A stretch of 64,000 bases of DNA from the human T2T-CHM13v2.0 reference genome, Homo sapiens. Below are positions 49,486 to 61,170 of the stretch, in pieces; position 1 is the stretch's first letter, and the number at the start of each line of letters is the position of its first letter. The translations under genes were made by a program, and so were the position numbers. The notes under the pieces were generated by a model. It was not told the DNA's origin. It did not search any database and worked only from the letters and a program-made list of their open reading frames with translations. Location of the stretch: the NCBI RefSeq assembly GCF_009914755.1, contig NC_060947.1. One strand, written 5' to 3'.

Positions 49486-49544
49486 TTTTTGGGTTTTTTG
49501 GTTTTTTGTTTGTTTGTTTGTTTGTTTGTTTTCTTAGGGCTGGA

Positions 49545-49815
49545 TATTCATATTTTCTTTTTTTTATTTAATTTAATTTTTTATTATTTATTTTATTTTA
49601 TTTTACATTCCAGGATACATGTGCAGGACGTGCATGTTTGTTACATAGGTAAACATGTGCCATGGTGGTTTGCTGCACCTATCAACCCATCCCTTAGATA
49701 TAAAGCCCCTCATGCATTAGCTATTTATCCTGATGCTCTCCCCCCAGACGGGTCCCGGTGTTTGTTGTTCCCCTCACTGTGTCATGTGTTCTCATTGTTC
49801 AGCTCCCACTTATGA
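49545..49815 (-). mobile_element. L1PA 3' end fragment
   Basis: gatacatgtgcaggacgtgcatgtttgttacataggtaaacatgtgccatggtggtttgctgcacc. Confidence 0.9.
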
Positions 49816-49825
49816 GCTGGATGTG

Positions 49826-50561
49826 AGACATGGAGTCGAGATTATTTCAGAGTTTTAAGATTTAATTACTGCCTCGTTGGATTTCAGACTTGCATGGGGC
49901 CTGTAGCCCCTTTGTTTGGGCCAATTTCTCCCATTTGAAATGGGTGTATTATCCAATGCCTGTACCTCCATTGTATCTAGGAAGTAACTAACTTGCTTTT
50001 GATTGTATAGGATCACAGGCAGAAGGGACTTGCTTTGTCTCAGATGAGACTATGGACTTGGACTTGTGGGTTAAAGCTGAAATAAATTAAAACTTTGGGG
50101 AACTCTTCGTAAGGCACAATTGTGTTTTGAAATGTGAGAAAGATGGGATTGGGGGGGCCAGGGGGCAGAATGATATGGTCTGGATCTGTGTCCCCCACCC
50201 ATATCTCATCTTGGATTGTAATCCGAATTGTAATCCAAATTGTAATCCCCATGTGTAAGGGGAGGAATCTCGTGGGAGGTGACTAGATCATGGGAGTGGT
50301 CCCCCCATGCTCTTCTCATGATAGTAAGTGAGTTCTCACGAGATCTGTTGGTTTTACAACAGGCTTTTCCCTCTTTGCTCAGCACTTCTCTCTCCTGCCA
50401 CCTTGTGAAGAAGGATGTGTTTGCTTCCCCTTCCACCATGATTGTAAGTTTCCTATGGCCTCTCCAGCCATGCAGAGCTGTAAGTCAATTAAACCTATTT
50501 TCTTTACAAATTACCCAGTCTCAGGTATTTCTTCATAGCAGCATGAGAATGGACTAATACA
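49826..50561 (+). mobile_element. THE1/MST internal 3' fragment plus 3' LTR (50171-50561)
   Basis: gagacatggagtc...ggggccaggggcagaa PPT, then tgatatggt...ggactaataca. Confidence 0.88.
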
Positions 50562-52630
50562 GCATCTAAATTGGAAAGGAAGAAGTAAAATTATCTCTAC
50601 TCACAGATTACATGATCACATATGTAGAAAACCCTAAAGACTCCACATCACACTTCCTGATGTCAAAATATATTACAAAGCTACAGTAGTTGAACAGTAT
50701 GGTACTGGCATAAAGCTAGGACTACAGAACAGAATAGAGAGCCAGAAATAAACCCATGCATATACTGTCAACTGATCTTTGACAAAGTTGCCAGGAATAG
50801 ACAATGGGTTAAGGATAATGTCTTCAACAAATGGTGTTAGGAAAGCTGGATAGCCCTATGCAAAAAAACAAAATTAGACCCTTATCTTAGACCATACACA
50901 AAAATCAAGTAAAAATGGACTAAAGACTTAAATGTAAGACCTGAAATATTATAACTCCTGAGGAAAACAAGGAAAAACTTTCATGGCATTGATCTTGCAA
51001 TGATTTCTTGGATATGACCCCAAAAGCACGGACAACAAAGGTAAAAATAGACAAGTGGGACTACATCAGAATAAATATTTTCTAGACAGCAAATCAAACA
51101 ACAGAGTTAAGAGGTAAAGAGGCAACTTTCAGAATGAGGAAAAATGTTTACAAATCATATATAACCTGATTTGAAATGCACGAAAGACTCGAATGAATAT
51201 TTTCCCAAAAAAGACAAGTAGCCAAGAGCTACATGGAAAGGCACTCATTATCACTAATTTTCAGGGAAATGCAAATCAAAACCACACTGAGATATTGCCC
51301 CACACCTGTTAGGAGGGTCATTATTAAAAAAATAAAATAGTTATTGGTGAAGATGTAGAAAAATTGGAACTTTTGTTGGAAAGTTCCAATTGTAGAAATG
51401 TAAAATGTGGAAATGTAAAATGGTGCTGCTGCTATGGAAAACAGTATGCAGTTTCCTCAAAAATTAAAAACAGAAATGCCATATGGTCCAGCCATCACAC
51501 TTCTGCATATTTATCCAAAAGAATTGAAATCAGGATATCCAAGAGATATTTGCACTCCCATGTTCATTGCAGCATTTTTTTTTTCACAACAGTCATGATG
51601 TAGAAACAAACTAAATGTCTATCTATGGATGTATGGATAAAGCAAATGTAGTACACAATGGAATATTAATCAGCATTAAAAAGGAGGGAAATTCTGACAT
51701 TTGTAACAACATGGATGAACCTGGAGGACATTATGCTAAGTGAAATAAGCCTGTCACAAAAGACAAATTCTGCATCATCTTATTTACACATGGAATCAAA
51801 AATAGTCAAACTCATAGAAGCAGAGGGCAGAATGATGGTTATCAGGAGCAGGGTGAGGGGAAAGTGGGGAGACGATGGCTAAAGGGTAGAAAGTTTCCAT
51901 AATGCAAGATGAGTAAGTTCTAGAGCTCTGATGTAAAACATTGCATGTTGCACTCAACAATACTGTACTGCAGGGATCCCCAACCCCTGGGCCATGGACC
52001 AGTACTGGTCTGTGGCCTGTTAGGAACCAGGCTGCAGAGCAGGAGGTGAGAAGCAGACAAGCGAGTGAAGCTTCATCTGTATTTACAGCTGCTCCCCATC
52101 ACTGGCATTACCGCCTGAGCTCTGCCTCCTGTCAGATCAGTGGCAGTATTAGATTATCATAGGAACACAAACCCTATTGTGAACTGCACATGTGAGGGAT
52201 CTAGGTTGCAAACTCCTTATGAGAATCTAATGTCTGATGATCTGTCACTGTCCGTCTTCCATCACCCCCAGATGGGACAGTCTAATTGAAGGAAAACAAG
52301 CTCAGGGCTTCCACTGATTCTACATTATGGTGAGTTGTATAATTATTTAATTATACATTACAATGTGATAATAATAGAAATAAAGTGCACAACAAATGTA
52401 ATGCACTTGAATCATCCTGAAACCACCCGCCACTCACCCACCAGTCTGTGGAAAAATTGTTTTCCACAAAACCAGTCCCTGGTGCCAAAAAGGTTGGGGA
52501 CCACTGCTGTACTGTATACTTGAAATTTTGTTAAGAGGGTAGATCTCATGTTATGTGTTCTTGCCACAAGTTTTAAAACCCACTGAATTGTACACTTAAA
52601 CAAATAAATTGTATGGTATGTCAATTATTT
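50562..52630 (+). mobile_element. L1M ORF2 3' part and 3'UTR
   Basis: L1 hallmarks (tattacaaagctacagta, atggatgaacctggaggacattatgctaagtgaaataagcc). Confidence 0.88.
51971..52506 (+). mobile_element. MER1A hAT-Charlie non-autonomous DNA transposon, full length
   Basis: TIRs cagggatccccaacc / ggttggggaccactg; perfect 8-bp TSD ctgtactg at 51963-51970 and 52507-52514. Confidence 0.93.
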
Positions 52631-53640
52631 CTCAAGCTTTTAAAAAATCTTTAGCATCAGAAAATAGATTAGTGATTGTCTGGGACTAGGATGGGAACAA
52701 AGATGAACTTTAAAAAATCACAAGGGATTTTACTGGGGTGATGAAAATGTTCTAAAACTGGATTGTAGCAAAGATTGCACAACTCAGTCGATTTACTAAA
52801 AATCATTTAATTGTACACTTAAAGTGGGTGAATTTTATGGGATGTAAATTCTACATCAATAAATTTGTTTTTTAAAAAAACAATGGGGAGTGTGAGGACA
52901 CAATGAAATCCATGATGACAATCTGGATCTCCCCAGGCCATACTAGAGCTTGTGTCTGTCTTTCACCTCCTCTAACCTAATTCATGTAGGTAACGTGCTA
53001 AAGAACTTGGTGCTCTTTGCCATGGAGCTGCAACATACCTGGCCCAAGACTTGGAAAAGCTAAAGGAGCACATCTTGCTAGAGGTGAGGGACCAGTCAAC
53101 CCACATGCTTCCCCTTCACAACAGAGTCAGCTAGCAGATTAGTGACAAATGTGCCTGAGCCATCACATCCTTGCCAGCATTTGTTATTTCCTGACTTTTG
53201 GAAAAAAAAGCCATTTTAAGTGGGATGAGATGGTATCTCACTGCAGTTTTGATTTGCATTTCTCTGATGATAAATGACATTGAGCACATTTCCATATACC
53301 TGTTTGCCATTTATATGTCTTCTTTTGAGAAATATCTATTCAAATCTTTTGTACAGTTTTAAATCAGATTACTAGATTTTTTCCTATAGAGTTGCTTGAG
53401 CTCCTTATGTATTCTGGTTATTAATCCCTTGTCAGATGGATAGTTTGCAAATATTTTCTCCCATTCTGTGGGTTTGTTTCCTTTGCTGTGCAGAAGCTTT
53501 TTAACTTGATGTGATCCCATTTGTCCATTTTTGCTTTGGCTGCCTGTGCTTGTGAGATATTGCTCAAGAAATCTTTGCCCAGACCAATGTCTTGAAGCAT
53601 TTCCCCCAATGTTTTCTCTAGAGTTAATGTTTTATATGGT

Positions 53641-54141
53641 TATGATAGTTAATTTCATTTTCCAATTTGAATGGGCCAAGGGATGTGCAGATATCTATCT
53701 GGTTAAACATTATTTCTGGGTGTCTGTCAGGGTGTTTCCGGGAAGAGATTAGCATTTCAATTGGTGAAATGAATAAAGCAGATGGCCCTCTTCAAAGTAG
53801 TTAGGCATCCTTCAATCTGTTGAGGGTTTCAATGTAACAAAAATGTAGAGGAAGATTAAATTCACTCTCTCCTTGACTACTTGAGCTTTATCATAAATCT
53901 CCTCCTGCCCTCAGTGCTCTCAATCCTCAGGAGGCTTTCAGACTTGGACTGGAATCCATACCATAAGTGCCCTGGCTCTCAGGCATTTGAACTATACTGC
54001 AGGCCTTCCTGAATCTCCAGCTTACAGATGATAGATCATGGGACTTCTCAGCCTTCATAATCACATATCACATGAGCTAACACACACACACACACACACA
54101 TGCATACATGCATGCACATACACATAACTAGATAGACTGAC

Positions 54142-54208
<67 letters not shown>

Positions 54209-54255
54209 TAGATATTCATTCCCCTGGTTCTGTTTCCCTGGAGAGCCCTAATACA
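53641..54255 (+). mobile_element. MLT2 (ERVL) solo LTR
   Basis: tatgatagttaat...ggttctgtttccctggagagccctaataca; 5-bp TSD ATGGT at 53636-53640 and 54256-54260. Confidence 0.88.
54129..54212 (+). repeat. Compound tetranucleotide STR [TAGA]2 CTGA CAGA [TAGA]12 [CAGA]4 TAGA, matching DXS10103
   Basis: Repeat counted directly; structure matches the recalled DXS10103 motif and the Xq26 context. Confidence 0.8.
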
Positions 54256-54517
54256 ATGGTGTGTGAGAGTCCACACTTCATTCTTTTGCATGTGGATATC
54301 CAATTTTCCCTACCACAATTTGTTGCAAAGGCAATCCTTGGCACCCTGTCAAAAATCATTTAACCATATAGGAAGGATTTATTTCTGGGTCCTCTATTCT
54401 ATTACATTGGTCTATGTGTCTATCTTTATCCAGTACCACACTGTTTTGATTACTATAGTTTTGTGGTAAGTTTTGAAATCAGGAAGTGTGAGGCCTCCAA
54501 CTTTGTTCTTCCTTTTC

Positions 54518-55912
54518 TTTTTTTTTTTTGTAGTTATTGATCATTCTTGGGTGTTTCTCGGAGAGGGGGATTTGGCAGGGTCATAGGACAATAGTGGAGG
54601 GAAGGTCAGCAGATAAACATGTGAACAAGGGTCTCTGGTTTTCCTAGGCAGAGGACCCTGTGGCCTTCCACAGTGTTTGTGTCCCTGGGTACTTGAGAAT
54701 AGGGAGTGGTGATGACTCTTAACGAGCATGCTGCCTTCAAGCATCTGTTTAACAAAGCACATCTTGCACCGCCCTTAATCCATTTAACCCTGAGTGGACA
54801 CAGCACATGTTTCAGAGAGCACGGGGTTGAGGGTAAGGTTATAGATTAACAGCATCCCAAGGCAGAAGAATTTTTCTTAGTACAGAACAAAATGGAGTCT
54901 CCCATGTCTACTTCTTTCTACACAGACACAGTAACAATCTGATCTGTCTTTCTTTTCCCCACATTTCCCCCTTTTCTATTCGACAAAACTGCCATCGTCA
55001 TCATGGCCCGTTCTCAATGAGCTGTTGGGTACACCTCCCAGACAGGGTGGGGGCCGGGCAGAGGGGCTCCTCACTTCCCAGACGGGGTGGCCGGGCAGAG
55101 GCGCCCCCCACCTCCCAGACGGGGCGGTGGCCGGGCGGAGGCGCCCCCCACCTCCCTCCTGGATGGGGCGGCTGCCGGGCGGAGACGCTCCTCACTTCCC
55201 AGATGGGGCAGCTGCCGGGCGGAGGGGCTCCTCACTTCCCAGACGGGGCGGCTGCCGGGCGGAGGGGCTCCTCACTTCCCAGATGGGGCGGCCGGGCAGA
55301 GACACTCCTCACCTCCCAGACGGGGTGGCAGTGGGGCAGAGACACTCCTCAGTTCCCTGACGGGGTCGCGGCCGGGCAGAGGCTCTCCTCACTTCCCAGA
55401 CTGGGCGGCTGGGCAGAGGGGCTCCTCACATCCCAGACGATGGGCGGCCAGGCAGAGACGCTCCTCACTTCCCAGACGGGGTGGCGGCTAGGCAGAGGCT
55501 GCAATCTCGGCACTTTGGGAGGCCAAGGCAGGCAGCTGGGAGGTGGAGGTTGTAGCCAGCCGAGATCATGCCACTGCACTCCAGCCTGGGCAACATTGAG
55601 CACTGAGTGAGCGAGACTCCGTCTGCAATCCCGGCACCTCGGGAGGCTGAGGCAGGCAGATCACTCACGGTCAGGAGCTGGAGACCAGCCCGGCCAACAC
55701 GGCGAAACCCTGTCTCCACCAAAAAATACAAAAACCAGTCAGGCGTGGCGGCGCGCGCCTGCAATCCCAGGCACTCGGCAGGCTGAGGCAGGAGAATCAG
55801 GCAGGGAGGTTGCAGTGAGCCGAGATGGCGGCAGTACAGTCCAGCCTCCGCTCGGCATCAGAGGGAGACGGTGCAAAGAGGGGAGAGGGGGAGGGGGAGG
55901 GAGAGGGAGAGC
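54518..55912 (-). mobile_element. Full-length SVA retrotransposon
   Basis: Poly-T, SINE-R (about 54530-55030), GC-rich VNTR (about 55030-55495), Alu-like region, (GGGAGA)-type hexamers about 55878-55911; 14-bp TSD tgttcttccttttc at 54504-54517 and 55913-55926. Confidence 0.96.
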
Positions 55913-56643
55913 TGTTCTTCCTTTTCAAGGTTGTTTTGGACGCTTGAAGTCCCTTGAGATTCCATACAAAATTTAAGATGGATTTTTCTGTTTCTAAAAA
56001 AAAAAAAAAAAAAAAAAAAAAGCATCGGGATTTCTACAGGGATTACACTGAATCAGGAGGTCCTTTTGGGTAGTATTAACATTTTAACAATGTTTAAGTC
56101 ATCTATAAACATGGGATATGTTTCTATTAATTACTGTCTTTAATTTCCTTCAGCAATGTTTTGTAGTTTTCGGTGCACAAGTCTTTCACCTTGTTGGTCA
56201 AATTTTTTTCCCTCAGAATTTCATTATTTTTGATGCTACTGTAAATGGAATTGTTTTCTCAATTTCCTGCCCAGATGGTTCATTGTTAGTGTATATAAAT
56301 GCAACTGATTTTTATATATTTCTTCTGTAAATTTACTGAATTGTTTATTAGTTCTAACAGTTTTTTTGTGAAATCTTTTGGGATTTCTACATAGAAGATC
56401 ATGCCATCTGTGAACAGAGATAATGTTACTTCTACCTTTCCTATTTGAATGCCTTTCTTATGGCCTTATTGCCCTGGCTAGAACTTCTAATACTATATGT
56501 AATATACTGTATATAGAATAGAAATAATGAATGGAGCATCTTTGTCCTCTTCCTGAAAGAGAAAAAGCTTTCAGTCTTTTGCCATTGAGCGTGATGTTAG
56601 CTGTGGACTTTTTGTTATGGCCTTCATTATGTTGAGGTAATTT

Positions 56644-58172
56644 TGATAGCAGTAGCGTCCTGTCTGGAGCAGCTGCTGCAAAGATGCCAGCTGCAGTGGG
56701 GGGGTGCGTGGCTGGGGGCTGTGCATTCCATGGAGCTGCTGGCAGCCAGGAACTGGTAGTAGCTCTGCTCCCTTCTGAGTTGATGGGACGGGAGCCCTGT
56801 GCTCCCAGGAGCAACTGCAGCTGCCCAGCTGCAGCTGCAGACCTGGGCATCCCTGTGCTCTCAGGGGCCCAGAAAGCTCCCCTGCCCCCACAGGCTCAAA
56901 AGTGCCTGCTCCCACTGCCTGGCCTCTCCCCACTCACAGCAACCACTCCAAGTTTGGAGCAAAGTTGTGGCTGAGCCTGGGCATTGTCACAACCCGGCCA
57001 GGTGTGCATGTGCTTGGGGCAGCACTGACATACCAGCCCCCTGCCACCTCAGCCCCCTCTGGACTTTGGGTGCCAACAAGCATGGGAGGGAGGCAGAGGG
57101 GGGCTGAAGGGGGCTCAGCGCAGGCCTGCAGGCACCCCTTGGCACACACAGCCTGGGCACCATGAACCGCAGCAGGAGGTAGACAGGCTCCTGGGCAGAA
57201 AGGGGCAGGTCTCTGGTGAAACCCCACCTTCAGGCCAGGGATGGCCTAAAGCCTGGGGGTTGGGCTGCCAGTTCTGCAGACCAGAATGAGAATTTATGAT
57301 GCTTTTTCTCAGCCCACCCATGGCCACTCGTGTACCAATCAGCACACACTTCCTCCTCTCTGAAACCCATGAAAACTCCAGACTCAGCCAGACTCAGGAA
57401 GACAATGGGGACAACCTGCCTACAAATAGGAGCTACCCACTCTGGGTCCCCTCTCTGCTGAGAGCTGCACTCATCAGGAGGACCTGCCTGCAGAAAAGAG
57501 CTACCCACTTTAAGTCTCCTGAGAGCTGTACTGTTGCTCAATAAAGCACCTCTTCACCTTGCTCACCCTCCAGTTGTCCACGTACCTCATTCTTCTGGAT
57601 GTGGGACAAGAACTCAAGACCTGCCAAATGGTGGGAGTAACAAAGCTGTAATACAAACAGGGCTGAAACACGCCCCTCGTCCACCACATTGCAGGTGATG
57701 AGAAGGAGAGAAGAGAGAAGGAGAGAAGAGGTGCAGCCCTTCAGGGAGCCCAGACTTAGAAGCTCCCAAAGCCAGGGCTATGACATCCTCTTTGGGGCTC
57801 TGTGGTTCATGGCGCCACCATGTTTCCTAGTGCCCACAGTGGAAGCTGCTTGTGGTACACCTGATCCAACTGCAGCAGGGAGCCAGCACCTGTGCCAGTG
57901 CCTGGAGCTGCCTGCCCCACCACAGCAGCTGGTGTGCCTGGCTGTGCACAGTAGCCAGATTCCATGCTTGCTCATTCACACATCTCTTACCACTCCATGC
58001 CTGGCTCACCCTTGGCAAGCACGGGATCCGGGCTGGTAGCATGAGCCGACCACAGCCTGCCAGGCCAAGTGGGCGGAATGAGCCCAGTGGGCCTGAGCAA
58101 AACTCAGGCAAAGGTGCCACCAGCCCCAGAGGCTTCTGGCTGGAAAAGTGACACCCCAAGGATCCCGTGACA
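56644..58172 (+). mobile_element. MER52-like (ERV1) solo LTR, about 1.5 kb
   Basis: TG...CA termini, 4-bp TSD ATTT, GC-rich body with CCAAT (about 57335) and AATAAA (about 57540); L1 sequence continuous across it. Confidence 0.85.
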
Positions 58173-58742
58173 ATTTCCTTCCTAGTTTGCTGAGGGTTTT
58201 TATCATGAAAGGGTGTTAAATATTGTTACATGTTTTTTCTGCATCTATCAAGGTGATTATGTGATTTTTATCTTTCATTCTAGTAATGTGGTGTATTGCA
58301 TTTATTGACTTGCATATATTGACCCACTCTTGCATCCCAGGGATAAATCCCACTTGGTCATGGTGTATAATCCTTTTAATGTGCTGTTGAATAATGTTTG
58401 ATAGCATTTTGTTGCAGATTCTTGCATCAGTATTTATCGTGGATATTTTTCTGTGGTTTTTCTTCTCTTGTAGTATCATTCTCTGGCTTTGGTATTAGGG
58501 TAATGCTAGCCTTAGAGAATGACTTTGAAAATGTTCCCTCCTCAATTTTGGGGAAGAGTTTGAGAAGGATTTGTGTTAATGCTTCTTTAAATATTTGGTA
58601 GAATTCACCAGGAAAGACAACTCGTCCTGGGTTTTCCTTTTTGTGGTGGTGCTGGGGGGGGATGGTTTTTTACTGATTCAATCTCCTTACTAGTTATAGG
58701 CAATTAAGATTTTCTATTTATTTATAATTCAGTCTTTGTGAC

Positions 58743-59163
58743 TGTGTTAGTCCATTTGTGTTACTATAAAGGAATACCTGAGACTGGGTAATTTATAAAG
58801 AAAAGATGTTTCTTCTTCTGATTCATGGTTCTGCACGCTGTACAAACATGGCACCAACATCTGCTTGGCTCCTGGCGAGGGCCTCAGAAAGCTTACAGTC
58901 ATGGTAGAAGGCAAAGAAGGAACAGGAACATCACACGGTGAGAGAGAAAGAGAGAGAGGGGAGTTTCCAGGCTCTTTTTAAACAACCAGCTTTCATGTAA
59001 ACTGATAGAGTGAGAACTCACTCTTCACCATGGGGAGAGCACCAAGCCATTCGTGAAGAATTCACCCACCATGGCCCAAACCTCTCCCACCAGGTCCCAC
59101 TTCCAAAACTGTGAATCATATTTCAACACGAGATTTGGAGGGGACAATATCCAAACCATATCA
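58743..59163 (-). mobile_element. MST-family LTR
   Basis: tgtgttagtccattt...aaggaatacctgagactggg...atccaaaccatatca. Confidence 0.88.
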
Positions 59164-60852
59164 GTGGGCTGTGTGTTTCTAGGAGTTTTTCAGTTTTATG
59201 TAGGTTATCCAATTTGTGAATGTACAAATGCTCTGAGTACATTCTTATAATCGTTTTTATTATTATAAAGTCAATAGTAATGTCCACTTTTTCATTTCTG
59301 ATTTTAGTTATTTGAGTCTCTCTCTTCTTCTTCTTAGTCAATGTAGCTAAAGATTTTTCAATTTTGTTGATCTTTCAAAAAAACATAATTTGTTGAGTTT
59401 TCTATTATTTTTCTATTCTGTATTTTACTTATCTTTTATTTAATCACTATTTTCATAGTCTACTACTAGTCTCAAAATATTATCCAATTTCCCCTATCAT
59501 TAATTTTTTATCCATTGGGTGTTTATGAGTGTGTGGTTTAAATTCTTATATTTGTGAGGTTTATAGTTTTAATTTAGCATAATAATGTCCAATTTCATTT
59601 CATTGTGAACAGAAAAGACATTTTGTATAATTTCACTTTTTAAAAATTTATTAAGACTTGTTTTGTGGCCTAACATATGTTCTATCCTGGAGAATATTCA
59701 TGTGCACTTGAGAAAAATGTGCAACCTGCAGTTGTTAGATAGAGTGTTCTATGCATATCTGTTAGGTACAATTGGTCTATAGTTTTGTTCAAGTCTTCTA
59801 TTTCCTTATCAACCATCTGTGTGGTAGTTCCTTATCCAATTTTTAAATTGAGTTATTTGTCTTTATGTTATAAATATGTAATAATTCTGTGTCTATTCTA
59901 GATACAAGTCACATATCAGATATATGGTTTGAAATTTTTTCTGCTATTCAGTGGGCTGTCTCTTCACTTTATTGTAGGTGTTCTTTGATATATTTTTGTT
60001 GCTTATGCTCTTGGCATCATATCTAAGAAACCATGTCATAAAGATATTGGCCTATATTCTAAGATTTTTACACTTATAGATGTTACATTTAGCTTTTTGA
60101 TCTATTTGACATATTTTGCGTATCATGTTAGGTAGGGAAACAAATTCTTTTTTCTTTTTTTTTTTTTGCATGTGAACATCCAGTTGTCTAAGTACATTTA
60201 TAGAAATTCTATTCTTTCACCATGGATTTTTCTGCGCACCATTGTCAAACTAGGCATTTTCCGGCTGGGAGGACCAAAATGGTCATCACAGAAATCCAGA
60301 ATGTGTCAGGGAGATCAGGGAGTCGAAAGTGCTTGAAAAAGAGACCAGTAAAGTATTTATGAACTTCTAGGCATAACCTTGACCTGCACGTGCATAGATG
60401 GGGTACAGTTAACATAAGGGAGACTTTGAGAACTTCTGCTGACTTTGGTCAGCATTCTTTTTAATGTTTCCTTGAGGTATAAAATTAGGTTTTTTGAGAT
60501 CTTTCTTTGTTCTTAATATAGATACTTATCGCTATATATTTTCCTCTTAGTACTGTTTTTGCTGCATCCCATAAGCTTTGGTTTTATTTTTTTTTTTTCA
60601 TTTTTGTTTCTCTCAAAATATTTCCTAACTTCCCCTTTGATTTTTTTTTTTGATCCATTGCTTGTTCAGGAACTTGTTATTTAATTTCCACATATTCATG
60701 AATTTTCCAGTTTTCCTCCTGTTGTTGATTTGTAGTTTTATAATCATTATGGTTGGAAAAGATACTTGATATGATTTTAGTCTTCTTGAATTTGTTAAGA
60801 CTTGTTTTGTGGCCTAAATTATGACCTATTCTGGAGAATATTCCATGTGCAC

Positions 60853-61170
60853 TTTCTTTGTGTTTTTGTTTTTGTTTTTGTTTTTGTTTTTGATGGAGTC
60901 TTGCTCTGTCTTCCAGGCTGGAGTGCAGTGGTGGTTATCTCACCTCACTGCAATCTCCACCTCCCAGGTTCAAGCAATTCTCTCACTTCAGCTTCCCGAG
61001 TAGCTGGGATTACAGGCACCTACCAACATGCCCAGCTAATTTTTGTATTTTTTGTAGAGACTGGGTTTCACGACGTTGGTCAGGCTGGTCTCAAACTCCT
61101 GACCTCAGGTGATCCGCCTGTCTTGGCCTCCCAAAGCGCTGGGATTACAGCTGTGAGCCCACCACGCCCA
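60853..61170 (-). mobile_element. Alu inside L1
   Basis: Alu consensus; cca(t/c)gtgcacttt repeated on both flanks. Confidence 0.92.

Noticed and set aside
55001-55764. Multiple repetitive G/R/P-rich ORFs and CRISPR-like tandem repeats
   Set aside because: SVA VNTR and Alu-like region; no unique spacers and no cas genes
56458-58206. Cluster of 65-130 aa ORFs
   Set aside because: Chance ORFs in the GC-rich MER52-like LTR and adjacent L1
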